64,000 nt of DNA from Anthoceros angustus (Eukaryota > Plantae > Anthocerotophyta). This document shows, piece after piece, positions 1 to 12,918 of this stretch. A model generated the notes under the pieces. The model searched no databases and was not told the DNA's origin. It worked only from the letters and a program-made list of their open reading frames with translations. Location of the stretch: NCBI GenBank assembly GCA_010909165.1, contig MU008164.1, positions 124,001 through 188,000 on the forward strand, written 5' to 3'. The position numbers and the translations under genes were made by a program. How positions within the stretch are numbered: the first letter of the stretch is position 1; each line of letters opens with the position of its first letter.

Positions 1-1635
1 TCCGGCCCCCTGAATCATACCTTGTAGCTGAGAGCCCTACACGCACAATCCCTTCTTGTGATGATGTGTTTCTCTACATCTAGAGATTCGACATCCCTTT
101 GGTATCTTGATTCAAAGCGTCGCTAATATCTGCAACAATAGAGATTTATTCACCACTTTTGTGCGGACTACTCGACAGTGGTGATTGTCGTGAACGGACA
201 CATTGAAGGAAAGGTACTATACAACTAACTACTTCGCTAGGAACGGAGTTATTTCTTGACAATGTGCTCTATGTACCTTCTATGTCCAAGAACCTTCTCT
301 GTTCGTGCTCTCACTACCAGATGTAATATACAATTCCTCTTTACCAATGATGCATGTCGACTGTTTGCGGGTAAGGCCCCAGAACAGTGCATTGCCATTG
401 GGAGAGCTCAAGATGAGCTGTATGTCCTTCAGCTCACACCTATATCTTCCTCAAGTGGAAGATCTGCTACATGTGATGTAGCACATATGCCTGCAGATGT
501 TTCTAACAAGACACTCTTGTGGCATATGAGACTTGGACATCCTAACTTGCCTAAGCTCCTACGACTCTCACAAGGAGATTATTACCGGGCCCAAGAAGGA
601 TTACCCAAACTACCCAAACACATGCCTATGTGTGAATCCTGTGTGGTGGGCAAGCATAAGCAAATGCCTTTTACCAACACAAGTGCAACTCGAGCAACTA
701 CTTTGTTGGAATTGGTACATGCGGACATTTGTGGTCCACTCGATCACCTTCCTTAGGGGAGCAGTATTACCTTGTGATCGTTGATGATTACAGTGGGTTT
801 ACGCATACTTATCCGTGAAGAAGAAAAGTGATGCTTTCAGCACCTTCCAAGACTTTAGAGTGATGGCTGAATCTCAGACTTGCTCCAAGGTTCACTGTCT
901 GCGGACAGATAACGGAGGTGAGTTTAGCTCCAATGTTTTTCAAGATTGGTGTAAGGCTCATGGAATCTTGCGGCAGTATACAGTACCTTATACATCCCAG
1001 CAAAACGGGATTGCTGAGAAGAAGATTGGGACCTTGGCAGCGCAGCTAGGACAATGCTCTCTGCCTCCCATCTTCCGAAGCCCTATTGGGCAGAAGCTGT
1101 GGTCACAGCTACCTATGTAATGAATCGGATCCATACATCAGCCATTCCGTTAGGGACAACACCATTTGAGTTATGGTATCAGAGGAAACAGGGTAGTTCT
1201 CGAGTGTTTGGTTGCACCGGGCCTGTTCCCCTTCAAGGCCGGCCTAAGCTAGCAGACAGGGCCACCAGACACATATTTGTTGGCTACGGCGAGCAGGTGA
1301 AAGCCTACAAGCTTTACATGCCTTCTACACGCCAACTTACTTATGCCAGGAGCGTTGTCTTCAATGAAGCTCCAGTGGTCGCTCGCGCAGTGGAAGCCTC
1401 TTCCGCGAGTGGAGAGTCCAGTCACCAACCTACTAAGGACTCACCTTGGGATTCAGATGACATCCCAGACACCAGCAGCTTTGATTCTCACATATTTCAG
1501 CGGCGATCACCTCCGGATGAGGATTCCTCTACCCTATTCCGGTGTCTCAAGTGGCTTCCAACTGCTTTTATTGATCACGCCGTGATCCGGCCTTTCTAAT
1601 CTCGGCTTTCATTCCCCGCTCCGTGATGCTCGTGA

Positions 1636-1995
1636 AGAGCCGCAGCCGATGGCTTCCGACCATTGGACAACACCGCAGCCCTCACACAATATGCACAGAC
1701 ACTCCAGCCCACACTCCCAGCCGGATCGGGCGGGCCGCGCCACCGCTGGAGATGCGCCCGCACGTACCGGTAGTGAGCGCGGATGAATGACCGTGCGCTG
1801 TTAGGCGGGCGGATGCTGCGCGGTGGATGCACCGGCGAGCCGCAGCCGATGGCTTCCGACCTATTGGACAACACCCGACGCCTCCTCACAATATGCACAG
1901 ACACTCCAGCCCACACTCCCGCTCGGATCAGCGCCAGTGCCACGACCCCTGGAGATGCGCCCGCACGCGGTAGTGAGCGGATGAGGTCTGCACAG
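1636..1995 (+). repeat. ~200 bp GC-rich direct duplication in the copia integrase-RT linker
   Basis: GAGCCGCAGCCGATGGCTTCCGACC...CTGGAGATGCGCCCGCACG...GGTAGTGAGCG occurs at ~1637-1780 and ~1837-1980. Confidence 0.8.
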
Positions 1996-4033
1996 CGCCT
2001 GTAGCGCGGCGGATGTTAGAGCGGATGCCGACGCAGGCATGTGCCGAGCGCGGCTCCGACGCAGGTGATGGTCTAGATGGATCGTGTGTGGTGGCCGGGC
2101 GGCGCGCCGATGCCTGGAGTATGGGCACATGCGCCGGCGGTGCAGGGCGGCAGGCGGGCATTGGGGAGCAAGCAGGCGGGAGCGGAGGAGCGGTGCCTTC
2201 GCCGTTCTTCCCAACGGAATCGTCCTCCGTTCGGTGGTCCCCGAACCACCGTATCTCCGCGTGCCGTTCTCGGGCAATTACAGATATTTTGGCTAATACA
2301 CATGATGGAAATACCCCAAATTATTCAGAAGAGCATTTAGCCGATGATTTTATTAATGCTGCTATTTCTGATTTTGCTGACACCACTTCGGAAATGACTA
2401 GGGCTCTTCATGTGCATGCTCTTTTGACGGTTGACAATGAACCGGCTACCTATCAAGAGGCACTGAATGGGCCCAATGGTGCAGCATGGAAAGTCGCAAT
2501 AGAAAGTGAGTATAATTCTTTGATTAAAAATCACACTTGGGATTTAGTCTCACTTCCTCCTGGTCGTAAACCCATCCTATGCAAGTGGGTATTTAAAACA
2601 AAATTAAATGCTGATGGCTCAATTGAACGTTATAAAGCACGACTTGTTGCTAAAGGTTATAGCCAGGTTGCCAGTGTAGATTATCAAGAGACTTTTTCGC
2701 CGGTAGTCAAGACCCAATCCTTGAGGGTACTCTTAGCCTTAGCTGCAGAGTTGAATTTAGAAATCCATCAAATGGATGTTTGCACTGCATTTTTATATGG
2801 GGAACTTAAGGAAGAAATATATATGCGGCAGCCCGAGGGCTATGAAGATGCCAATGCTGAGCTTGTTTGTAAGTTGCTTAAGTGCCTCTATGGCTTAAAA
2901 CAAAGTGCTCATATATGGTATTATAAATGTGATGGTCGTCTTAAATTTATTGGCTTTATTCAAAGCCATGCTGATAGTAATGTTTATTATCTTGCTGACG
3001 GTTCTGACTTTATCATTTTAGCCTTATATGTTGATGATGTATGTATGTTTGGCACTAGTATGACCCTCATCAATAGCGTTAAAGATATGTTACGGCTGAA
3101 TTTGAAATGAAGGATATTGGAGTTCTTCAATGGTGCCTTGGCATTGATTCTCCGTGATCGGCCTAATGGCCGGATTTTTATGCATCAACAGAAATATGTC
3201 AGGGAAATTTTAACCCGATTTAATATGCAATCTGCTCGGCTGTATCTACTCCGGGCGGTTGGTATTCGATTATCTCTGATGGACAATCCGATGCTCAGCG
3301 TGAGGATATGTTTACTATCCCTTATGCTGCATGTGTGGGTTGTCTTCTTTATTTGGCTAATTGGACTCGGCCTGATATTATGTATGCTGTTAACGCTGTT
3401 GCTCAATATCTTCAAAATCCTGGGCGGGTCCATTGGGTCGCCGTGAAGAGGATCTTGAGATACTTGAGTGGTACCTCCACATATGGCATTTGCTATACCT
3501 CCACCGGTCAAAATCACTTCAACCTCACTGGTTTTGTGGATGCCGACTGGGCCTCCGACGCTGATACACGAAAAAGCATTTCTGCCTATTGCTTTATGTT
3601 AGCTGGAGCTTCCATAAGTTGGCGGTGTAAGAAGCAAACTAGTCTAGCCTTGAGTTCAACAGATGCAGAATATAAAGCTCTTCAAAAGCGGTAAAAAGAG
3701 GCAGCTCACTTTTGAGTGATATTAAGCGTCCTCGTCTATGCCTACAACACTCAATTGTGACAATATGTCGGCCATCGCTTTAGTAGCTAATCCTCGTTAT
3801 CATGCTCGTACTAAGCATATTGGGCTATATCATCATTATATCCACGATGTTACTTCAAGAGGAGTGGTGATAGTTGCTTATATTAATCAAGAGAGAATCT
3901 GCCGATATATTTACTAAGTCACTTCCTACTTATAAACACAATAAGCATAGGGAAGGACTTGGCGTAGTTGGCGACATCATTGCACAAGCAACTAAGGAAG
4001 CAAAATGTACAACACACTAAGTTTTTCAAGCTT

Positions 4034-4320
4034 GAGTGGAGGAGGAGTGATGAGTGGATGAAGCTAATCAGAATTAGATCCAATCGTCAAGTCACTTAGT
4101 AGTACTATAAGCAAATCTTTGTGTGCCTAGAGCTGAGTGGGAGTGTGAAGAGACACATCTCTAACACACAAAGCTAGTCTAGGTGTTTCAGTACGTCGTT
4201 TCGTAATAACGTATAAGAACACATTTTTGTATTGTTGATAATTAATCGAAAGAGTCAAGCTACGAAGTTCTATCGCTCGTGTCTTCGCTCTTTCACTCAT
4301 ACACACCAGACTTTAAAGCA
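4034..4320 (+). repeat. Candidate polypurine tract and 3' LTR of the copia element
   Basis: Purine tracts GAGTGGAGGAGGAG (4034-4047) and GAGTGGGAG (4135-4143), each followed by TG. The segment ends CTTTAAAGCA at 4320. The 5' LTR is not in the window, so the boundaries are unconfirmed. Confidence 0.45.
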
Positions 4321-4859
4321 TGTGAGAAGCGGGTAGTGTTACGACGGTGGATCCACCGCTTGAAGTATGAATTCTTTGAATGCAATTCTTCCGTGTCATG
4401 TGTGCGCTTGTTCCGTGTGATGTCTTTGTTGCTCGAAGGATTGTCGACGTGATTGGGATTTTTTGAAATCTGTCCTGGCTGGTGCGATCCGTGGGCCACC
4501 GATCATTCATATGGTTTCCAGCACAAGCACGCTTTTAATTTCTGTAAGCTTTCGAGGGCACTTCATACTTGGGCACACGGTGAGAATGTGAGGTGTGAAA
4601 TTGCCCTAGATCCTTCCTGCAGACAGCGCGCTGTTGACTGTGGTCACTCTTTCACTTTTCGTTGGAACCCATGGAGCCCTGTGAGTCATGAGGCACTGGG
4701 AAGCATGGAGCACTTTTGAACCAGCCTTTGTGGAAAGTCAGGGCAGTCAGCCACAGACGTCAGAGTGGAAGCCCTGGACATTGTGTGAAATTTGCGTGTG
4801 AGAGTGAGTGAGCAGAGTGCAGCGAGAGACTGTAGTTCCTGGCCCATGCCCTAGTGGGA

Positions 4860-5040
4860 ATATCCCGCTGTCATATATACTAGTCCATGATGTGACCGCA
4901 TTTTTGTGAGGGAGCCTGTCCAACACCGTAAGCGCGTCTTCTACACTGCCACACTTTGCATACATGTTGAACAAACTGGTGGCCACAGATACATCAGCTT
5001 CGTGTCGTAGATCCCGGACATGTATATTTCTGAGCTGCAG
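4860..5040 (-). pseudogene. PLS-class PPR gene fragment (end of an L motif plus an S motif)
   Basis: EADVSVATSLFNMYAKCGSVEDALTVLDRLPHKNAVTSWT in ORF 4747..5148(-); resembles the S motifs of the PPR genes at 54-64 kb. The flanks are not PPR-like. Confidence 0.8.
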
Positions 5041-5169
5041 GACGAGCCTGTCCAGCAGGAATTTCAACCAGGCCTTTGTGGACACGCAATATTGGAGGCC
5101 ATTCAGAACGGGCTCCCCGCTGCAGGCAGTTGTAGAGAGCGCAGACATACTTCTTTGTCACCTCCGAGC

Positions 5170-5715
5170 TCGTCGCATGGGCTGCTGCATCAACATTGCT
5201 ATCGCTAGGGGCTGGCATGTCTATTACCTGTGAAGATGGAATGACTGCACTTGACTGGGCAAATAAGCATGGGCAACTTGAAACTGCAGGCTGTCGGTCG
5301 GGTCACAAGAGCAATCTTGAACAAAAGAGTTTGGGGTCCCTTAGCGAGAAATGGTGTTGTTGGCAAGGAGGACATTGATGTGGTCCTCATTGAACGATTA
5401 TTGAGTCATACATATACAGGACATCCACTGACGACGGTTTTGGAGCGTTATCTTAGTGTTCCTGCCAGGGTGGGATGACATCTCAAACGTGATGCAACAG
5501 CTGGCAACCTCCAGCTTTCTTGCTGCCGAGGCCAAGATTTTACTTCTTCCGTTGCCTTCAAGTTGAGCAGAAAAAGGTTTTCAAACGTCCACCTCCAGGT
5601 GTACGCAAGACTGTTCTCGCAACCAGTGTTGCTGCAACTGCAATTACTATCGGTGATGTTGTACTTGTCACTGACCCGCGCCGACCAAAGGAGAAAAGCT
5701 ATGATCCGGATATAC
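5170..5715 (+). pseudogene. DExH-box RNA helicase (DExH6/NIH/HVT1, YTHDC2-like) fragment 1: ankyrin insert plus RecA2
   Basis: Across frameshifts: LLSLGAGMSITCEDGMTALDWANKHGQLETA (ankyrin), EDIDVVLIERLL, ILVFLPGWDDI, EQKKVFKRPPPGVRKTVLATSVAATAITIGDVVLVTDPRRPKEKSYDP. Confidence 0.85.
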
Positions 5716-8700
5716 ACGAAATGATGGTAGTTCGGGCTACTGCTTAGCAACGTGGTGGCGAATTGGGGCCCTGAGCTCCCCATCGGAGCCTGCTCTCCAG
5801 CAACCAAACGAGCACGAACAAGCCTCCTCCAGTCCATGTCCGGCACTACGGGCGGCCTGGCTGGGTGGCATCACCACTGTGCTGCCCATCTCCTTGCTTC
5901 CTCTTACGGTCTTGAGGAGGAGACTGCGGGTTGTTGTTCCCGTTCTTGGAAGCCTCACACACATGACTCCAATCATGCATCCCCATCCCCATACCACACA
6001 CATCAACCTCCAACCTCCACAAACAAGCAAACAAACAACGCCATCACCAGAGCCCTTGGATCCTCATCACCACCGCAGTCACACCCGGCCGCAGACACCA
6101 AAGCCCGCCGAGGCGAGCGAAGCCCTTCGTCCGAGCCACGACATGCCTCAGAAACCACCTCTCCGAGCCCGGCCTCCTCACTTGACAACCCGTTATTCTC
6201 ACTCACTCGAACAAGCCCGGCCCATTACGAGACTAAAGAATCGCTATCAAAGGCGAAGTCGGAATCGAATGTCACTGCCATGAGCCGCCCTCCGGCTCAA
6301 CAGCGCCCCAATTCGCGCTCGCCTCCCGACCTCCTCCGAACCTCAACTCGCACCCAAGCCTCCACCGGCACCAACCATCACGTGCCTCGCTCACGTGATG
6401 GAGGCGATACCGAACCCCGCTCTCCACCGGGCTGGGCTAGCGCCAGGGCTATGGCACCCACGACACCAACCACGGCGGCGGCGGCGGCGGCGGCCACATC
6501 GCCCGCCCGATGTGGCTCTCTTGAAGCCAGTTGCCTAAGTCGACAGACAGACATTGGCACCCGCAAGCGACCCTCGCTGTGAGGGATGTGAAGAATCTAG
6601 GATGCACCACAGTTCGCTCCCGTCAGCCTTGGACCATGGCTCCCACACCCTCTATGCTCCATGCTCCATGCTCCATGCTCCACACCCAGCTCCCTCTTAC
6701 AGCCCACTGAGATTGAAGTGTGAAAGGCAGTTGGAGGTAGGAGGCTCCAGCGTATTGGGTGCACCGGCGTCCCTTGCGTGTGGCCTTGGAGATTACCGAT
6801 CAATAAAAAGTAAAAATGGAGTTTAGACTTGTGAAATGAAAGGGAGCCTTAAGTTGAGGGTGTGTGGGATGTGTGGGATGTGTGTGTGCGTGAGTGTGTC
6901 TCCTGAAAATTTTAACATAGGAGATGGTCTCCTGAAGATTCAAACATAGGAGATGGTCTCTGGAGATTCAAACATAGGAGATTGGTTTGCTAACATTATG
7001 GTGAAATAAAAAATTTTACACACGAACTAGATGCTACTCTCTACAAGCAGCCATTGCTATTCCACTCATAATGTACAATGCACATTAGTCCTGTATGTAA
7101 CATTCCAATTTCTGGACAACATATGGTGTACACTTAAACACTTCATGAAATACAGCATATGCTACTGAAAACTCTTATGCTGACAAATACTTATCACTGA
7201 TCGCATGAGCAATCTTCTCAGCGCTTGTTCTATGCACTATGCCCTTTGAATATGTTGAGCGAAAAAGGTTTTCAAGCGTCCACCTCCGGTGTACGATTCA
7301 ACCCGGTGTTCTTGCAAGCGCAATTACTATCGGTGATGTTGTACTTGTCACTGACCCGGGCCGACCAAAGGAGAAAAGCTATGATCCGGATATACACGAA
7401 ATGACTGGTAGTTCGGGCTACCTGTTTAGCAACGTGGGTGGCAGCAATTGGGGCCCTGAGCTCCCCATCGGAGCCTGCTCTCCAGCAACCAAACGAGCAC
7501 GAACAAGCCTCCTCCAGTCCATGTCCGGCACTACGGGCGGCCTGGCTGGGTGGCATCACCACTGTGCTGCCCATCTCCTTGCTTCCTCTTACGGTCTTGA
7601 GGAGGTTGTTGTTCCCGTTCTTGGAAGCCTCACACATGACTCCAATCATGCATCCCCATCCCCATACCACACACATCAACCTCCAACCTCCACAAACAAG
7701 CAAACAAACAACGCCATCACGAGCCCTTGGATCCTGCATCACCGGCATCACACCCGGTCGCACACCAAAGCCCGCTCGAGGCGGGCCGAAGCCCTTCGTC
7801 CGAGCCCGACATGCCTCGAAACCACCTCTCCGAGCCCGGCCTCCTCGCCTTGACAACCCGTTATTCTCACTCACTCGAACAAGCCCGGCCCATTACGAGA
7901 CTAAAGAATCGCTATCAAAGGCGAAGTCGGAATCAGTCTGCACTGCGAGCTTTGCCCTCCGGCTCAACAGCGCCCCAATTCCGCGCTCGCTCCCTCACCT
8001 CCTCCGAACCTCAACTCGCTGACCTCCACTGGCACCAACCATCACGTGCCTCGCTCACGTGATGGAGGCGATCCACCCGCTCTCCCCTGCACCGCAGGCT
8101 GGCAGCCAGCCCCCTATGGCGACACCAACCACGGCGGGCGGCGGCGGCGGCGGCGTCACATCGCCCGCCCCTGTGGCTCTCTTGAAGCCGATTGCCTAAG
8201 TCGGCAGGCAGACATTGGCCCTGGCGCGAGGATGTGAAGAATCTAGGATGCACCAGTTCGCTCCGTCGACCTTGGACCATGGCTCCCACACCCTCTATGC
8301 TCCATGCTCCATGCTCCATGCTCCACACCCAGCTCCCTCTTACAGCCCACTGAGATTGAAGTGTGAAAGGCAGTTGGAGGTAGGAGGCTCCAGCGTATTG
8401 GGTGCACCGGCGTCCCTTGCGTGTGGCCTTGGAGATTACCGATCAATAAAAGGTTTAGACTTGTGAAATGAAAGGAGCCTTAAGTTGAGGGTGTGTGGGA
8501 TGTGTGGGATTCAAACATAGCGTGGTGTGTCTCTGAAAATTTTAACATAGGAGATGGTCTCAAGATTCAAACATAGGAGATGGTCTCTGGAGATTCAAAC
8601 ATAGGAGATTGGTTTGCTAACATTATGGTGAAATAAAATTTTACACATGAACTAGATGCTACTCTACAAGCATTGCTATTCCACTCATAATGTACAATGC

Positions 8701-8878
8701 ACATTAGTCCTGTATGTAACATTCCAATTTACAACATATGGTGTACACTTAAACACTTCATGAAATACAGCATATGCTACTGAAAACTCTTATGCTGACA
8801 AATACTTATCACTGATCGCATGAGCAATCTTCTCAGCGCTTGTTCTATGCACTATGCCCTTTGAATATGTTGAGCAGA
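5562..8878. repeat. Tandem duplication of a ~1.65 kb unit (5562-7254; 7255-8878)
   Basis: The two copies are near-identical with many small indels. The junctions share GTTGAGC(A)G. Each copy contains the helicase tail, a GC-rich segment, CCATGCT repeats and a 28-29 bp AACATAGGAGATGGTCTC repeat x3. Confidence 0.9.
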
Positions 8879-9016
8879 TGTTCCTCATCACCTTGGTCCT
8901 TTTAAGCAAGCCCTTTGTAATCTCAATCTATGAGGTGTATCGCCACTGAGAATTCCAAATCTTTTGTCCTTGTGTACCTCAATACTTTTCAATATCACCC
9001 CAAAAAAACACCTGAT

Positions 9017-9517
9017 TTACTGGACAGCACTATCTCCGATAATTATGCGCATAGAATATATCTCATCCTCTACTGCCTTTATTTTCACCGTATTAGCTTT
9101 CATCTCCTCTTTCAACACTTTTATCTGAGAATTTGTCTTTACATTCAAGTCTTTAATTTCTTCTTCGAGACATCCAAACTTGGAATTCATTTCCCTGATG
9201 GTTGCTGCCAAGTCCCCATACGTATCTCCAAAATCAGTCCCCTCAAGTAGTAAGGATCCACAAGAAAGAGATGATATTTCCTCGGTGGTCCGCTCCTCAA
9301 GGTTATAAAGTTTCAACTTGGCTCTCGTTCCCTCCTTCGCCTCCTTCTCCATTAAATTCATGATCCTACTCTTGGTAACTATATCCACAAAGCCGGATTG
9401 ATCGGATTTCCATACTTTTTTTGGACCGTCATCACCTACAGTCCTCTTCATATTCCCAGAATTTTTGATTTTGCTCCTTGTACAAATCGAGCTCATTTCC
9501 AACCTGCCAAAATACAA
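9017..9517 (-). other. 166-aa ORF with a predicted coiled coil, probably TE-derived
   Basis: Heptad-like stretch LEEEIKDLNVKTNSQIKVLKEEMKANTVKIKAVEDEI; no diagnostic domain recognised. Confidence 0.3.
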
Positions 9518-11207
9518 AATCGAGGTTAGGATTACGCATTCATAACCTTCCCAATCTTAAACACTTATTCCTCATAATTCCACTTATTCCTCATAATTCT
9601 TCTGGACTTCTCAATTTTGCGTTGGGATACGGCCGGAGTCATGCCTCCTAAGCCTAAACCTAATCCCGACACTATACCGAAGCCTAACCTAATCCGGCAC
9701 TACAGGACCTGCCATTCCCATCATCCCCACTCCACGAGGTCCACGAGGGTAGAGGGGGGACCACCAGGATACATGGGTGGACCTGGCATTGGTGGACGGG
9801 CCAATGCCAGAGGGCTCTCAAGATGAGGTTCCCCTCCACACTCCATATCTTCGTCTCGGTGGACCTGGACCCATTCCACTGATGCCCCCATTTGGCTCCA
9901 TATCATGACAACGTCCCCTAAAGATGAGGACGTCCCCTAAAGATGAGGACTCCTAAACCACCCGAATGAACTCCCATACGATGCTGGGGAGCCGGTGATG
10001 GCAACTCCTTCACCAGACCAGCTCTTTGTCAACGGTAAGCACCATAAGCCTCCGTAGCTCCCCACCCACAAACTACTCCTCCACCGATGAGAACAATAAG
10101 CCTCCGAGGCTTCCCACCCACAAAGTAAGTCTCCACCTCCACTGCCACAGCCACCGGCCAGAGCTGACCATTCTAGAATGCTTCAACAGCTACAACCCCA
10201 GCCCACCCCACCTTCCTCACCTCCCAGCTCATTCAACGCATCCCTCTCCGCACCAGAGGGACTCTTAGCCACCCGACGCCCGCGATGCAAAAGTCACAGT
10301 CTAGAATCGGTGGGAATGGTAATCATGGACGACATCAAGCAAGCTGCAACCATCTCCTTCACAAACCCTAAAGCCCCAACGGGGCCCCTCCTGAACCCTT
10401 CTCCTCCTCTATGGTGATCCACCTCCCCATTCGGAACCCAATGCACCCTGTTCTCAGCACCTCCGCTAGCAAACCCTCGACCCCCCATCATTCCATATTC
10501 CGCAACCTTGTGCCCTCCCCTCTCCGATGATCTCCCCGAGCCTGCCTGTCCCCAGACGTGTCCCGTCGTCTAAGCTCCAATCCCCCAACAACAGTTGAAG
10601 CCACTTTGTACGAGAGGTCCAAGGAAGTAACCAAGATCGGGAACCAGCGTGGGCAGACTGTCCATCAGCTCCTCCCGGTTGCTGCTATGCTGCTGCCCCT
10701 TGATGTTTCCGAGGCGCTCCAGCTGCCGCCTCCCTGTGTTGCAGCGAGCATAGGCACTGGGCCTACCGTACCTTGTCCCCTAACCATTCACACACAGCAC
10801 AGCACATGATGTACACACAAACACACACAACACACACCTGACGGGGTTCCGCACACGCGCTCCGCACACCTCAAGATTGCGGCACCGAGCATTCACCTAG
10901 CACACCGAATTCTGTCCTTACGGCGCTTCGGCGAGGGCGCTTCGGCGAGGGCGCTCCGGCGAAGGCGCTGCCCCTCCTGGCCGGAGGAGCGCGGCTGCCC
11001 CCCTTCCTCAGCCCGGCCCCGTACAGGCGTACAAGGGTGCTGTCAGTCAGGGTGCGTTCGCGTGTATGCCCATCCCTTACCTCAAAACAACCCTGATGAA
11101 GCTGGTGTAGGCCGCACAATTTTCTCAGATGTATGTGTGGATCACCTACACATATATAGGGTTTAGGCCGCACAATTTTCTCGAATATCGCAGTTTCCTT
11201 GGCCCTC

Positions 11208-11780
11208 TACCTGAGCTGGGGAGACAACCGTGGGTCACTGCCTTGTACATCCTGCGTTGCTCCTCTTGAACCATATTAATGAATTGTCTCGACCCTGCTC
11301 TAACTATCGCGTGTGCGGGCAGCTACCGAGAGCCTTTGATTTTGCCCATAGCCCCTTGGGAGAAGCTGCGTGCAGCTGCAGCCAAGCGCGAGAATTTGCA
11401 GCTAGATTTGGGGGTTACGGTGATCACTTGGCTGTGGTTGCTGCCAGAACAGCTGGTAGGGTGCTCAGCAGCAGTTCTGTTCAGAGAATTTTGTTTGAGG
11501 TGGAACTACGGCTATATATGCTGTCTCGTATGCAGACGCAGCTTCAACGGGACCTTGCTCAAAAGGGGTTCAGGTATGTCACGTTTGCAGTTTGAATGCA
11601 GGGGATATCGATCCTGGATATCCATTGTGCGGGCTGTTATAGCCGCCGGCTTGTATCCAACGATTGGAACACTACTACCACCGGTGTCAGGAAATCAAAA
11701 ATCTCTGCTCTAAACGTCCTCATGCTGCTGCTGCTAGGGCAGTTGATTGGAACTCCAGCCATATATATGCATTTATATAA
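11208..11780 (+). pseudogene. DExH6/YTHDC2-like helicase fragment 2 (HA2 / post-HA2 region)
   Basis: Across frameshifts: LPELGDNRGSLP.HP, NCLDPALTIACAGSYREPLILPIAPWEKLRAAAAKRE, FGGYGDHLAVVAA, MLSRMQTQLQRDLAQKG, IVRAVIAAGLYPTIG. These match the DExH6 HA2 consensus I recall (LGSLPVHP...CLDPALTLACAADYK.PF.MP...AAAAK...GG.SDHLAVVAAF). Confidence 0.8.
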
Positions 11781-12539
11781 CACTACAATGACCAGGTGCA
11801 GGTATTATCAGAGGTCGGGACCGGCAGAGACCTCGCAGAGGTGGTGCTGGCTAGTCTGTTTGGAATCCTGCACAGTTTTGACAAAATACATGGTGCGAAG
11901 ACATCGAAGCTCATGGCCTCTTGCTGTGTCAGCAAAGTACGCTGATCTGCGGCTTCTACCTCGCATTTTGCAGGTGGCTCGCGGGTACGACAGAGACAAG
12001 ATTGGTGGCCACGGATACGAGTTGACATAGGTTCCTTTATCCTTTTTCTTTGCGGATGTCAAGCCACTGTCGGAATGGGATTGACTCGCCGCCAAGACGA
12101 ACAGGACCTGCTCTCTCCTTGCTTTTCATTCCGGCGAACTCGGCCAATTCCAACGTACGGTCTCCAGATTTTGCAGACGCTCGATTCCTGCACGGCTTGG
12201 CTCTGCCTCCAGCTCTCCCGTCAGTTCCTATCGACAGTTCACGCTGGAATTAACGATGACTGTACCCGTGGCGTGTTCGCAAAGGCCTGTGCTGTATGCA
12301 TCATCGGGGCCAGCCCGCACCCGCAGACAGTTTCCCTATCTTGATTCCCTATCCGAGCGTTTCCACAATCCAGTACATGTTTATCAAACTTCTGGCCAAG
12401 AACACATCAGCTTCCAGTCCTCGTCCTTCAATTTGAGCTTGAAAATGCCTCTTCTTCTCCAAAGCTTCAGAGTGTGAGCTGGGAAGCAGACTTCCGTGAT
12501 GTGGTTCTGAACCCAGACCAAGAACCCTCTTCAACCTCA

Positions 12540-12790
12540 GGGTTCAGCTACTGTTGCCTTATCGTGGATAGCTGGTGGGCGTGAAGAACTTTTGGAGTCC
12601 CAGCACACCGATACACATCCTAGGCCTTTACTGATGGCCCACGTTGTCAGTCCAGGGATTGTGTCCGATGAAGTGATATCACAATGGGATACACTCTCAA
12701 AGGCTCAATGGCACTTCTGATTTTCAGGCCCAATCAGTGGCAGCTAGGCAGCTTCTAGGAGCTCTGAAGGGACGTCAATCAGGAATCTCA
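12540..12790 (+). pseudogene. RING E3 exon-1 relic (copy D)
   Basis: GCTGGTGGGCGTGAAGAACTTTTGGAGTCCCAGCACAC...CTGATGGCCCACGTTG matches 32450-32705. It shares an internal deletion with the copy at 25.5 kb. Confidence 0.75.
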
Positions 12791-12918
12791 TTTTGGGGTT
12801 GCAGAATCGAAGCACCGGTCGCTGCTGCCTCCTCGGCCCGCAGCCTGCAAACCTCGTAGAGGAGGCACCCCGGCCCCGCACCATGCGGATTCGCTCCCCT
12901 GCTCCTCTTCCCCAAAAA

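Larger units (their letters stand above)
1..4320 (+). mobile_element. Ty1/copia LTR retrotransposon, frameshifted, 5' end outside the window
   Basis: Copia domain order in broken frames: protease WYLDS (~101), GAG-pre-integrase LWHMRLGH...CESCVVGKH (256-756), integrase LELVHADICGP / LRTDNGGEF / QQNGIAE / YWAEAV, RT (WKVAIESEYNSLIKNHTW, RYKARLVAKG, HQMDVCTAFL, LYGLKQS, LYVDD; 2400-3110), RNase H (DADWASD...RKS, CDNMSAI, RTKHI, ADIFTK; 3520-3930). Confidence 0.95.

Noticed and set aside
101-115. TGGTATC as a primer binding site
   Set aside because: It continues TTGATTCA and encodes the protease WYLDS motif, not TGGTATCAGAGC.
756-3700. Programmed ribosomal frameshifting in the copia pol
   Set aside because: There are too many shifts at scattered positions inside domains; decay or sequence error explains them better.
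5752-8022. ORFs of 276, 204, 200 and 194 aa in the duplicated GC-rich segment
   Set aside because: Low-complexity products, and the frames are not conserved between the two tandem copies.
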